A stretch of DNA of 64,000 nt. Origin: Salpingoeca rosetta (lineage: Eukaryota > Protista > Choanoflagellata). Below the pieces are notes generated by a model. The model ran no database searches. It had not been told where the DNA came from and saw only the letters and a list, made by a program, of their open reading frames with translations. A program made the position numbers and the translations under genes. Below are positions 1 to 13,121 of the stretch, one piece after another. How positions within the stretch are numbered: the first letter of the stretch is position 1; the number at the start of each line of letters is the position of its first letter. Location of the stretch: assembly GCA_033442325.1 (NCBI GenBank), contig JAWQFM010000004.1, forward strand, positions 258,819 to 322,818, in the 5' to 3' direction.

Positions 1-120
1 CCTCATCTTCTCCGTTCCCGTGCTTGGCAAGGTGTGTTGTGCTGTCGGTAACAGTGGCTGTGTCCGTGGTACATGCGTACGCTGTGCAATCGACAATGCA
101 GGCGGCGCGTGTCCCTCCTT

Positions 121-173
<53 letters not shown>

Positions 174-330
174 TCACAACGTACACAGTTCCTGGACAGG
201 CTGGGCGGCAGCCAGCTGCCCATGTGAGCGACGCACGGGCGCCAATTTGAAGCTGCAAGCGAGTAGACAGATAGCTCTGTGTGTGTGTGTGTGTTGTGTG
301 TGTGTGTTTTGTGTGTGTGTGTGTGTCTGT

Positions 331-385
<55 letters not shown>

Positions 386-595
386 GTGTGTTGTCCCTCT
401 TGCCTGCTGCTGTCTTCGCTGTCTGATTGTTGAAGGGAGGAGTTGGAGTGGATGGTACTTGTGCTACCGTTGACTCAAATATAGAAGTCGTTCAAAACAT
501 AACATTAGCCAAGCATGAGGACACGCAACACAACACATGTGACATGGATGTACCACACCGACGGCCCATACACGTCAATGTGGTTGCGAGTTCAT

Positions 596-662
<67 letters not shown>

Positions 663-702
663 CCAATGAGATCTGGCCTAGTTGTGGATTGGATGCCGCT
701 TG

Positions 703-1222
703 TCATGGCTGCGGCGGGCCAGGTTGTATTGCCACGTCAAACGCCGCGTGTGTCGAGGACTGGGCGCCGTCTGACGGAGTCACTTGTCGCGGCACAACCC
801 GTCGCTTCCGAGGCTGCTGCTGTTGAAATGGTTGGAATGGCTGATCCTGCGGCTGTTGTTGCGGTTGTTGCGGTTGTTGTTGTTGTTGTTGTTGTCGTCC
901 GCTCTCGGCTGCTTGCACTGTGTGTTCACTGTGGTTGCCTGCCGCGTCAGCCTGTGGCGGTTACGGTGACATGTAGGCACAGGTGAACCAGAGAAACAGA
1001 GCCGTCGGTCACATGATGGTAACACAAGTGTCCAATACACGTGAAATGGAGCAGTTAACACACGCACGCACACACACGTGCGCGCACGCACGCACCTCCA
1101 AGCATTGCAGTTTGATGTCATCCGATAAGGATGCCAGCATGGATATGTGCTGCTCCGCCACCTTGGCCGCCCTGAATGTTAAAGGCGTCAGCACAAGTGA
1201 GAAGAGCAACTCCATGAGTGGC

Positions 1223-1274
<52 letters not shown>

Positions 1275-1709
1275 GTGGTGCTCGCAACACACGCAATCCT
1301 ACTCACGTCAATATGTCGGTGAAGGCGCCGCGCTGCACACGCTGCACCATGTTCTGGAGTCGCGAACGGCCACCAAAAGGGAGTCAGTCACTGTGAGTGG
1401 ACCTTGAGAAAGCGGGAGGGGCACACAAGCACAAGTACGAACACACACACACACACACACACACATACACACACACATACACACACGTACACACACACAC
1501 ACGTACACACACACACACACACAAGTATACAAGCACATACATAGAACGCTGACCTCAAGAAGCGTTTGGTTGATGTCCAGCTGCTCCTGGATGCGTTCAG
1601 AGTACCACTCTTGCCCTTGCTCACCACGCAACAACGGCAGTGCCACGCCGTTCCCGCCAGCCGTCGGGTCGGCACCGCTGTCCTCCTCATCACGGTCGCT
1701 GCCGCTCAT
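703..1709 (-). CDS. SSXT-domain (SS18/CREST/GIF family) Gln-rich protein, 4 exons
   Basis: Exons 1709-1554, 1353-1307, 1171-1096 and 951-703 splice in phase at GT-AG sites. They give IQEQLDINQTLLENMVQRVQRGAFTDILTAAKVAEQHISMLASLSD, which aligns without gaps to the SSXT pattern IQxxLDxNxxL...G...LAxxxD. A Q/P-rich tail with PRKRR follows. Confidence 0.7.
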
Positions 1710-1774
1710 CTTTGTTTGTGTTGCGCTGTTGCTTTTGGCGCATTGCGATTTGTGAGACAACAACGAGGGTGCTG
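1710..1774. promoter_or_regulatory. Putative bidirectional promoter region (SSXT gene / TAM41)
   Basis: Divergent start codons only ~65-83 bp apart. The regulatory role is inferred. Confidence 0.5.
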
Positions 1775-3532
1775 ATGACGATGACGATGACGATGAGGGT
1801 GCTGTTGAGGACGAGGCAGTGTCGGTGGGTGAGTGATGCCGTGCACTGTGGTCGAAGAAGAGGAGGAGGAGGAGGAGCAGCAGCAGCAGCAGCAACAGAA
1901 GCACGAGCGCCTGCGGTGTGTAGTTTAGTTCAGAGGAGGCGGCTATCGTCGGCCAACCTGGACGATGTGATTCTGCCGCACTTGCCAAAGGTGGCCTTCG
2001 CGTTTGCCTATGGCTCCAGCGCCTTCAGGCAACACGACCACATCTACACCAAAGTACGCGTGCGCGTGTGCTTGAATGCACGCTTTGGTGTGTTGACGTA
2101 CGTGCATCGCTGTATCTGTGCAGCTTATTGATCCTTGTGTTTACCTCACACGTGCACACATGCACTCATGTGCACGCACAAACACACACACACACACACA
2201 CACACATGCACACACATTCACACACACATGCACACGTGCACACGCATATGCGCATGTTTGCCACCATGTACAGAACACCATGCTGGATGTGATTGTGGCA
2301 GTGGATGATGCAGAGGCGTTCCATCGCGAGAACATGCAAAGGAATCCCCATCATTACCCATACTATGCACGAGCCCTTGGCGCCTCGGCTGTGGCCTCCA
2401 TACAATCAAAGACGGGCGCCTCCATCTACTACCACCCCTTTGTCACCTTTGGCGACCAGGTGTGTATGTGTGTGTGTGTGTGCCTGTGCGTGTCTTTGTG
2501 TGTGCCACTGTGTCTGTCTGTACGTGTGTGTATGTGTGATGTGACCTTTGCTTGCGTGCGTCCGCGTGTCAGTGAGCCTTTAATCCTGCTCGCGCTCGCG
2601 TTGTGTGTTCACAACCGAGTTGGCGTGTGTGTGTGTGTTTGCGGTCGTGTTTATGCTTCCTGTGTTGACCGCGCACTGGGCCACCCTGCGCTTGTCTTCC
2701 ATGCCCATCACAGCTGGCCAAGTACGGGGTCATTACCGTGGCCGATATGGAACGCGACTTGCAGATGTGGGACACGCTGTATGTGAGTGGCCGCTTACAC
2801 AAGCCCGTTGCCATGCTCACGCCTGTGCCAACCTATCAACTGCAGCAGGCCCTCATTCACAACCTCAGGTCTGCGTGTGTGTGTGTGTGTATGTGTGTAT
2901 GTATGTATGTATGTATGTATGTATGTATGTATGTATGTATGTATGTATGTATGTATGTATGTATGTATGTATGTATGTGTGTGTGCGTGTGTGTGTGTAT
3001 GTACATCTGTGCATATGTGTCTCTGCGCGTCTCTAGCTGCTTGGCCACGTACGTTTTTTGACTGTCTTCCGGTCCAACTCAGCTAGTTAACTGCTCCACA
3101 ATCCTCCTTTGCATGCGCGAATGATGCACCACCACCACCACCACCACCCTTCTCCCCCCCCCCCCTCACACCTCATTCTTCGTGCCACAGGTTTGCTGTC
3201 CTGACGGCGTGCTGTCTGCTCCCGCCCCAATTCAACGAGGTACACCTACATCATATTTGTGTGTGTGTGTGTGTGATTCATGCCCACACAGACGTTTTTG
3301 TTCCCGCTGCGCTGTTGTAATGTTGTGTGCCACGTTGTGTGTGTGTGTGTGCGTGTGTGTGTGTGTGTGTTCACTGCTGCCACCTGCGACGCTCATGTCA
3401 TCACGACCGTCATTTATCATCGCTGAAACGTGGTTTTGTGTCGCTCTGATGTTCAGTTTGAGCTGTATCACACTATCGCCTCCCTTTCCTACACGGGGGA
3501 TGTACGCATGGCTCTTGCAGAACGAAAGGGAA

Positions 3533-3572
<40 letters not shown>

Positions 3573-3717
3573 ATGTGTGCTGCGTTGTGTGCTGCGTTGT
3601 GTGCTGTATCTGAATCGATGTGTTTGTGTGTGCTAATCCCCCAGCTCCATTGCCCGGCCTGCAGCTGTTCGCTGTTCCTTGTCTCTTGTTCAATGCGCGA
3701 ACACGCGCGCGCACTCA

Positions 3718-3811
<94 letters not shown>

Positions 3812-4279
3812 CGCTTGTCATGCAGGCGTTCAACATTGTCAAGGGCAATTTCGACAACTTCCGTGCCTTGTATGCGGCTGCCCTGGCCGAGCTCAACTGC
3901 ACTCTGGTGAGTTGTCCCTCCCCCTTGGAACCCTGTCACATCAACCATTTGCCCCTCTCCCATTGTTCTGTCCCCAGCAACGTACAAACCACTCACGTGT
4001 CATGTCGTCTTCATGGGTACATCTACACATCTTCGTTCGCACATGTGAGTAATAACCACCCACATAACACATACACACCACAATTACACACAATTACATG
4101 CCTGTGTGCAGCTCTCCGCCACAGGGGAGTATTCACTGCTTCAGAACCCGCTCTCTGGACTCCCTTCGCCACAAATTGTTAACCGTCTGCCCCTAACCCT
4201 TCAACAACAGTCAGTTGTGTGTGTGTGTGTGTGTCTGTCTGTGTGTGTGTGTGTGTGTGTCTGTGTGTGTGTGTGTGTG

Positions 4280-4310
<31 letters not shown>

Positions 4311-4626
4311 GTGTCTGTGTGTGTGTGTGTGTGAACTGCGTGAATGTTTCATTGTCTTCGTGACTACACAAGCCGCCCATCTCTTTCGAACACCACCTCA
4401 CTTCCACCCACCCCTCATCACCGCTGCCACCCCTCACCGCCACCATCATTCATTCTCTGACAGCCTTGACACGACAAAGCCGCTTGAGCCGCAGATCCGG
4501 CCCGCATTGAAACGCATCATCTCCCGCTCAAGCCTGACGCAGAGCTTAAAGGGCCTCTTCTCTGCAGGCATCTCCAGGTCGCTCCTGTACCTTGGCGAGA
4601 AGCTCAAGAAGGCCTGGTCCAAATAG
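1775..4626 (+). CDS. TAM41: Mitochondrial phosphatidate cytidylyltransferase (Tam41/Mmp37), multi-exon
   Basis: Motifs across exons: FAFAYGSSAFRQ, MLDVIVAVDD, IYYHPFV, KYGVI, WDTLYVSGRLHKPV, SYTGDVRM, NIVKGNF, SSLTQSLKGLFSAG..KSW-like end EKLKKAWSK*. The Arg-rich N-terminus resembles a presequence. The exact ATG (1775-1793) is uncertain. Confidence 0.93.
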
Positions 4627-5362
4627 GTTTTAGATAGGAGAGAGACATGGTCGTGGAGGGAGAGTAGTGTAGGACTCACCGCATCATCGTGTGTGTGTGT
4701 GTGTGTGCGCGCGTGCGTGTGTGTGTGTGCGTGCGTGTGTTTGACTGTGCCTCAATCACCCTCATCCACGGGCACTGTAGCTGTGATGTATTGTGGGTTG
4801 ATGCACAGCTTGAATCAAGAAGCAAGAGGAGACCAAGAACAGCCATGTCAACAGTCATCACTCCCACCGCTCGCACTTTTGCGCGTTTGAATTGGTCGCG
4901 CGATGTTTCGTGTTTACCTTCAATAAAATTCAGCAGCGGCAACGCCCACCAAATAAAAAATAATAATTGTTGCTGCTTGTGTTGCTTGTGCTTGCTTGCT
5001 TGCAGAACTCTTCTTTCCTCAGTGCGCACTTTCCCATTCACCAGATAGCCAACGCCAAGCGAAGAGGTGCGTGTGTGTGGGCGTGCGTTTTGGTTTTGAG
5101 GCGGTGTTGCACGCTGACGACTGCACCGAGCTTGGGTGTTGGTCGCACTCGCATGTCTTCGCCGACGCTCATCTGTGGCTGTAGTTACTTTGGGCTTATT
5201 TGTTCCCGGCGCCGCATGTAGGATGTATGAACACCAAACACATCAGTCGCCGCCATGTGTCGTTGTGCTCGGCTCCCTTCTTGTGTCATTCCATGCCCTC
5301 ATTTTGATCGGTGTGACCTGTCTCCCCCTGCCTGTGTGTGTGTGTTGCAGAACAAGCACAAG

Positions 5363-6497
5363 ATGCAGATTGCAACGCTCGCGCGGGTGGCCATCCTCCT
5401 GGCGGTGGCCACCGCAACGACAAGCACGTACGCCCTGCTTCCTGGCGAGTGGTACCCGGACGGGAGCACAGAAGCGCAGGTGTCTGGAACCGCTGTGGAC
5501 TACATTGACCTGGGAACAGCACAGTACAACGCGCTCATCGACTTTGAGGAGTTCTACCTCAACTCCACGGTGTGGCCCCAAAAAACGCATGGCTGCCTGC
5601 GACTGCGCGTTTGCATGTGAGAGTGATTGAGAGGGTGGGTGGGAGAGTGAGTGAGTGAGTGAGTGAGGGTGTGTGTTGTGTGTGTGTGTGTGTGTTGTGT
5701 GTTGTGAGTGTGTCGTTGGACGCACGAATCATTCCACTGCTTTGAGCTTCAAAATATCACAGCAGCTATCGACACACGCACACATACACGTACTGACGCA
5801 CACTGACACACTAACACACACACACGCACACATACACGCACTGACGCACACTGACACACACTGACACACACACACGCACACCGACATCCCTCCCCCCTAA
5901 ATTCCCGCTTTCACTTTGTTTTAGGGTACGTCGAGTCCAGTGACGTTTGCGAGCAGCACGTTCCGCCTCATGACGGAATACCTGGCGGAGAAGCTCACGT
6001 CGCTGGCCTTGGATACCCCCGACACCATCGTCATTGTGCAAGGCTTCGCCCCACGCCCCACAAACCCAACCCGCCCGCCGGAGCTCACCGACATTGGCCG
6101 TGGCCTGCACATGCGGTATCTCAACAACGGTGGCCTCACCAACTTCCTCTCCGACTTGGCAAACCGCAGCATCGAGGCCGGGTTTGATTTCGTCGCCATC
6201 CCGGGCCAGGGCAGCTACGTCAACGTCAGCGTGCCAAACGTCAACTGCGGCCGAAGCGCGGTCGACCTGCTCTTCATCCTCGATGGCTCCGGGTCCATTG
6301 GCTCCTCAAACTTTGAGACCATGCGCCAGTTCACCGCCACCGTCACCTCGTTCTTCGACGTTTCGCCCGACACCACGCGTGTTGCACTCATGGTGTACTC
6401 GTCAAGCGTGACGGAAATCTTCGACTTCAGCTATGTCCTCTCCAATACCAGGGACGAAATCATCACCACCATTCGCAACACCAACTACCCAGGCGGT

Positions 6498-6562
<65 letters not shown>

Positions 6563-7501
6563 GGCGAATCGTGTAAATGTGCGGTGTGTGCACAATGAGG
6601 AGGGTGTGAAGATGATCTATGGCAATTATGTGGCATGTGCGCGGACGTGCGTGGGGGACGACAGCGGGGGGCTCCTGAGGTTATCTGCTGCGCGCNNNNN
6701 NNNNNNNNNNNNNNNNNNNNNNNNNNNNNNNNNNNNNNNNNNNNNNNNNNNNNNNNNNNNNNNNNNNNNNNNNNNNNNNNNNNNNNNNNNNNNNNNNNNN
6801 NNNNNNNNNNNNNNNNNNNNNNNNNNNNNNNNNNNNNNNNNNNNNNNNNNNNNNNNNNNNNNNNNNNNNNNNNNNNNNNNNNNNNNNNNNNNNNNNNNNN
6901 NNNNNNNNNNNNNNNNNNNNNNNNNNNNNNNNNNNNNNNNNNNNNNNNNNNNNNNNNNNNNNNNNNNNNNNNNNNNNNNNNNNNNNNNNNNNNNNNNNNN
7001 NNNNNNNNNNNNNNNNNNNNNNNNNNNNNNNNNNNNNNNNNNNNNNNNNNNNNNNNNNNNNNNNNNNNNNNNNNNNNNNNNNNNNNNNNNNNNNNNNNNN
7101 NNNNNNNNNNNNNNNNNNNNNNNNNNNNNNNNNNNNNNNNNNNNNNNNNNNNNNNNNNNNNNNNNNNNNNNNNNNNNNNNNNNNNNNNNNNNNNNNNNNN
7201 NNNNNNNNNNNNNNNNNNNNNNNNNNNNNNNNNNNNNNNNNNNNNNNNNNNNNNNNNNNNNNNNNNNNNNNNNNNNNNNNNNNNNNNNNNNNNNNNNNNN
7301 NNNNNNNNNNNNNNNNNNNNNNNNNNNNNNNNNNNNNNNNNNNNNNNNNNNNNNNNNNNNNNNNNNNNNNNNNNNNNNNNNNNNNNNNNNNNNNNNNNNN
7401 NNNNNNNNNNNNNNNNNNNNNNNNNNNNNNNNNNNNNNNNNNNNNNNNNNNNNNNNNNNNNNNNNNNNNNNNNNNNNNNNNNNNNNNNNNNNNNNNNNNN
7501 C

Positions 7502-7567
<66 letters not shown>

Positions 7568-8489
7568 CTACAATCACTCCCCCTTTCTCTCTATCACACA
7601 CATACATACACACACACACCTCACCTCCCCACCGCCACCTACTTGGCAACTGCGACCCTTGGTTCGCTTCAACAGCGACGTGTTTGTGAGCGTGACCTCG
7701 CCCAATCCGGGACCCTTCAACTTTGACTATGTCATCATGAACGACGAGCCCCTCAAGACACTCAATGTGCGCAAGACATCCAGCCAGGTTGTCTCCATTG
7801 CCGTGCGCAGTCGCCTCACCCTCCTCGGCCGTCGCCGCGCAGAGGACACCATCAGCTATCGCCTCCGCGTCTTCAACGACCTGTTCAACGGGCCAGCCTC
7901 GCACACCATCATGGTCACGCCCGCCCGCAACCAGCGTGGTGCCCCCATCTTCGACGCGCCAGAGGCCATCAACTTTCCCGGGTACAGCTTCACCTATACC
8001 CTGACAGGCCCAGGCAGCAGCATGTTCGACATTGACGCCAGCACGGGCCGCATCACCCTGCGCGATCCACTGCCAGATGGCACGCAGCACGTCGTCACGC
8101 TCACGGGCACATCCGGCAGCATTGTCGGCGGCCTTGCGCTCATGGTCGCCACGGGCCAGCCCACCACCCTGCCTCCTTCCAGCGGCAACGGCGGTTCGGG
8201 CGCCAGCCAGAGCACAGGCAACGCCTCCGAGACAGACACCGCCGTCATTGTTGGCGCTGTTGTGGGCGGCATCTGCGGCTTTTTGCTCATTGTCGGCATT
8301 GCCTTTATTGTCATGCGCAACCGCTCCTCCGGTGGTGCTGGCGGCAGCTCGCAGGCCCGCTCTCGCCCATCCCAGTCTGTTGCGCCAGCCACGACAGCGT
8401 CCTCCCCACCACCGCCGTCGTCCAACTCCACGTCCATCACCACGGACGGCGACACCAAGTACAACCCGGCGTTTGGTTTCGACGCCTAA
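5363..8489 (+). CDS. Hedgling-like single-pass membrane protein: signal peptide, Hedge (HhN-like) domain, VWA, [gap], cadherin-like repeat, TM, tail ending NPAF
   Basis: Signal peptide MQIATLARVAILLAVATA; intron 5570-5924 is in phase. RLMTEYLAEKLTSLA, IGRG and LANRSIEAGFDFV..YVNVSV match Hedgehog N-domain motifs. VWA MIDAS DLLFILDGSGS. Cadherin-like FDIDASTGRITL. TM AVIVGAVVGGICGFLLIVGIAFIVM. Continuity across the N-gap 6696-7500 is assumed. Confidence 0.8.
6696..7500. other. Assembly gap (others at 36036-36639, 42402-42562, 43842-43941, 50696-50795, 60367-60466)
   Basis: Runs of N, mostly abutting (CA)/(GT) tracts. Confidence 1.
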
Positions 8490-8539
8490 ACCAACCCTAT
8501 CCCTGTGCTGTGGAGCGTCGGTTGTGTTGCTTTGTATTG

Positions 8540-8633
<94 letters not shown>

Positions 8634-8956
8634 GTTGTCTCGCTTGGTGTTGGCTTTCAGTTGTACTGGTGGTGTTTTTCTGGTTCGATTGTTACTCGTT
8701 GACTTACCCCTCGTCACGCGTTTTATGTTCTGGTTACGCCCTGTTCTCTTTCGACGGCCGGCCGTTTGCTGGCGCTTGTTCGTGAAGGGGCACATGAATG
8801 CGACAATCTCAATGTTGGCTTTGTTCCTTCTTTTCTTTTTTCAGTTCAAGTGTGTGAGGTGTGTGCTTGCAAGCAGCAATACACACACACTCCTCGCCAC
8901 AAGACACTTACACTTGATGCTTGTCTGTCACCTGCCCCTACTTGCTGCCCATGACA

Positions 8957-9036
<80 letters not shown>

Positions 9037-9597
9037 ATGCTGTTTGTGCAGTGTTGTTGTTGTTGTTGCCGTTACGAAGAGCAGGGTGGCACGGAAAAAA
9101 CTCACTCACAAAGAAGAATCAACGTCAACAAAACACAAAAGGGTTTGCAGTGCTTTGGCGCGCGCAATCGAGGTCAGGTGACAAGGTGAGAGACCTTGTG
9201 GACAACAAACAAAGGGAGCAACAAAGGCGCAGCAGTGTTGCGCGTGCGACAGCCCACCCCCGTCCCCGTTGCAACGATACCCCGCAAAGCAAACGCTTTC
9301 GTACACACACCACACAGAGAGGAGAAAACAAGCCCAACAGCCACAGGCACGGAGAGGAAGGATGATGCATACAAGTCAACAGAGGGTAACCACAACAGCA
9401 GCACGACATGGACGACACCCAAGGACACACAGGCTCACATAAAGCCACATACAGTGGTACATCATCGCACTCACTCATACACATACATGCTCAAGCACAT
9501 GTACAAAAAAAAAACCCATACACACTCTCGCACACGGAGAGTCGAAACACAGGAGGACGAAAACACACAAGACAGACAAGGAAGGAGGAAGAGACAC

Positions 9598-10183
9598 TTA
9601 GCAATCAGCAAACTCGAAGCGAACGGCATCGACAGAGTAGTGGCCGTCTGTGCGCTCCGTGGTGTTGGCGCTCAGCCGCACCTCGTTCAGGAAGCCAATG
9701 CCTTCCAGTGACGATACGCGGTCAAACGGGTACTGGCCAATGCTCACAAACCCGTCCGCGGCCGGGGCCTCACGCTGGTTCACGCGCACAACGCGCACAC
9801 CAGAGAGGGAGCGCACGCGCACAAAGGCGTTGCTGGCGGACGTGGCGCCCGGGACGTAGGACACAAACACGTTGTAGTTGCCGGCCTCAGGCAGGGTGGG
9901 GATGAGCAGGATTTGCGAGTCGCTCGCATCCACAGTCATGTTCCAGTACGATGGCGCAATAAAAGGCTGGCATGGCAAGTCAAAGGGGGGGGGGGAGTGT
10001 GAGTTGATCACAAATCGTCGCAGCAGCAGTAGTCGCAGCAGCAGCAGCAACGGTGAGTCACAACAGAACCATGAAGCACAAATACGTGAGACACGCAAGA
10101 GACATGCATAACGAGGAACAACGAATGCGCACAAGAGTGAGCACGCACACGCACACGCACAGGCACGCATACACAAGCACACG

Positions 10184-10224
<41 letters not shown>

Positions 10225-13090
10225 TGCTCACCTCTGCGGAGTCTGTCTCGCGAATGACCGAGGAGCGCTGGGAGCCAAGGAAGAACGTGGTGTTGCTCGA
10301 ATCAATGTTCTCAAGGTTGAACAGCGTGTCAGGGACATCACGGCAGGTCGTGGTCGTGGTGGTGGTGGTGGTCGTCGTGGTGGTCGTGGTAGTGGTGGTA
10401 GTCGTGGTGGTAGTTGTCGTGGTTGTTCCGTTCACACTGGACGTGGGAGGCATGGTCGTCGTTGAGTTCGTGCTTTGCGTTGTTGTGGTTGTGGTGGTTG
10501 TCGATGTGGTCGTGGTCGTGGTTGTCGTGGTTGTTCCGTTCACACTGGACGTGGGAGGCATGGTCGTCGTTGAGTTCGTGCTTTGCGTTGTTGTGGTTGT
10601 GGTGGTTGTCGATGTGGTCGTGGTCGTGGTTGTCGTGGTTGTCGTGGTCGTGAACAGGAGATCGCAGCGGCGGAAGAAGTCGCCCGTGCCACGTGGCTCG
10701 TAGTTGCCAGGGCACTGATCAACACAGTAACCATTGAGCAGGTACCGTTGGTTGCGGCAAATGGTGCAGCCCGTGCCATCGGTGGAGCACTCGTGGCAGT
10801 TGTTCTCGCGAGGCACACATGGGATTGTGGTCGTGGTGGTGGTGGTCGTGGTGGTGGTGGGCGCAGCTGTGGTGGTGGTCGTGAAAAGCAGATCGCAGCG
10901 GCGGAAGAAGTCGCCCGTGCCACGTGGCTCGTAGTTGCCAGGGCACTGGTCAACACAGTAGCCGTTGAGAAGGTACCGCTGGTTGCGGCAAATGGTGCAG
11001 CCCGTGCCATCGGTGGAGCACTCGTGGCAGTTGTTCTCGCGTGGCACACATGGGATCGTCGTTGTCGTCGTTGTACCCGAGGTTGAGGTGGTCGTCGTTG
11101 TCGTCGTGGAGGTCGACGTGCTGTTGCTGCCTGCACCTGTTGTGGTCGTTGTAGTCGTTGTGGTAGTGGTGGTTGTCGTGGTAGTTGTGGTCGTTGTCGT
11201 GGTTGTCGTCGTCGTGGTAGTTGTGGTCGTTGTCGTGGTTGTCGTCGTCGTGGTGCTGGTGGTAGTGGTGGTAGTGGTGGTAGTTGTCGTGGTAGTGGAA
11301 GTGGTGGTGGTTGTGGTGGTGCTGGTGATGTCTGGGAACTGCACGCTATCAATGACGTGCACGTAGCCCACATCCGTGGCAATGTCCTGCTGCACAATGG
11401 TGCCCGTGCCGTAGGCGAGGCTGCCGTTGTTGTGCACCAGCGAGACCACCTGGCCGTTCGCGGGGGTGACAGAGCGCAGGCCCTGCAGGTCGGCGAAGGA
11501 AAGCGACTGCCCACGGACGAGATGGTGGAGCAGAATCTGGCGCAGGCGGAAGTCGTCGCTGAGAAGATCAAGCACAACGGGCTCGGGGATGTCGGCAAAC
11601 GCGTCGTTGGACGGCACAAACAGCGTGACGCCCTCCTCGTTCAACACATCGTCCAGGTCCGCCGAGGAGAGGAGGAGGATGAAGGTGGAGAAGTCAAAGT
11701 TGGAGGTAAGCGCGTCGCGGAGCGAGTCAATGAGCGTCGTCGTCGTGGTGGTGGTGGTCGTCGTCGTGGTCGTGGTTGTCGTTGTTGTTGTCGTGGTGGT
11801 GGACAGCGGCACGATGTACACCTCGCCCAGCTCGTGCACGAACCCGTTGTCAGCGTACTGGTTGCGGCGCACAATGGGGGCGCCGTCGACGTAAATCTCC
11901 TCATCGCTGTCACGGGTGATGGTCACGCGGAAACCACGCATGGTCTGCAGCATGCGGCCGTCGGTCAGCTCCGATGCGCGGAAGGAGCCCTCTGTTGCAA
12001 TGAAGTAGGACATGAAGTTGCGCAATTCGGCGTTTGTGGCAAAGTCGAGCGAGGCGCGCTCAAACGCGGCGTTGTTGGGCACAAAGAGCGTGCGGCTGCC
12101 GGGCTCTGTGAGGACGCTGTCGAGGTTGGCGCTGGCGAGGTAGAAGTAAAACTGGGCGTAGTCCAGGTTGGTGAGGATGATGTCCGCAAGGGTGTCGGCG
12201 GTGGCAGATGTGGAGGTGGAGGTGGAAGTGGAGGTTGATGTGGACGAGGAGGTGGAGGTTGACGTGGAGGTGGAGGTGGAGGTGGACGACGTGGTGGAGG
12301 TGGAGGAAGACGTGGAGGTGGAGGTGGAAGACGAGGAGGATGTGGGCACAAAGTCATCTGGGTCAAGCACGGTGCCGAGGACGTAGATGACGCCGTTGGT
12401 GGCGAGCGGAGCGCGACGCAGGATGGGGGCGCCAGACACGGAGAGGCCGTACGGGGCAGAGGGGTCTTCGTTGATGCGGAGGAGAGAGCCCTGGGCGGTG
12501 TCGAGGCGGTCGCCATCCTCAATGTTCTCAAAGCGGCCGGGCACGGCGTGGTAGTCGATGAGGTCGGCAAGCTCCATGGGGGAGGTGAGCAGGCGAGAGA
12601 GCTCGCCAGAGGGCAGCGCAGCAAAGGCGGCGTTGTTGGGCACAAACAGCGTGTGCTGCATGCTGCCAGAGAGGTAGAAGTTGCGGCTGGCGCGGCCGAC
12701 GAGGAAGACGTACGTGGAGAACACCGACGACTGTGAGAACACCACGGCGCTCAGCGTTGGGTACGTGGCGGTGGTGGTGGTCGTCGTGGACCGCGTGGTG
12801 GTTGTCGTGAGAGACGTGGTGGTGGTTGTCGTTGTCGTTGTCGTTGTCGTCGTGGTCGTCGTGGAGGTGGACTCGACGGTGCTGCCACGGACCAGGTTCA
12901 CGCGCACCGTGCCCGTCAGGGTCGGGCCATTGTCCACAAACACAGACACGGTCAACCTGTCATTTGGGGGAGGGGGGTTGGGGGTGGAGTTGGAGAATGG
13001 TGGGTGAGGGAGTACGAGGGACGGAGGGAGGGGGGCGTGCGTGTGGGCGTGTTCGTGACTAGCTTGGCATTTGTACTGTGTGCGTGTGCG

Positions 13091-13121
<31 letters not shown>

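Noticed and set aside
1-700. Possible partial gene at the left edge
   Set aside because: No credible coding frame or motif was found.
5940-8489. 849-aa ORF taken as the true protein
   Set aside because: It reads through introns and an N-gap and misses the signal-peptide exon at 5363.
10413-11057. Direct repeats as a CRISPR array or LTRs
   Set aside because: They are in-frame coding duplications with no spacers, cas genes or retroelement ORFs.
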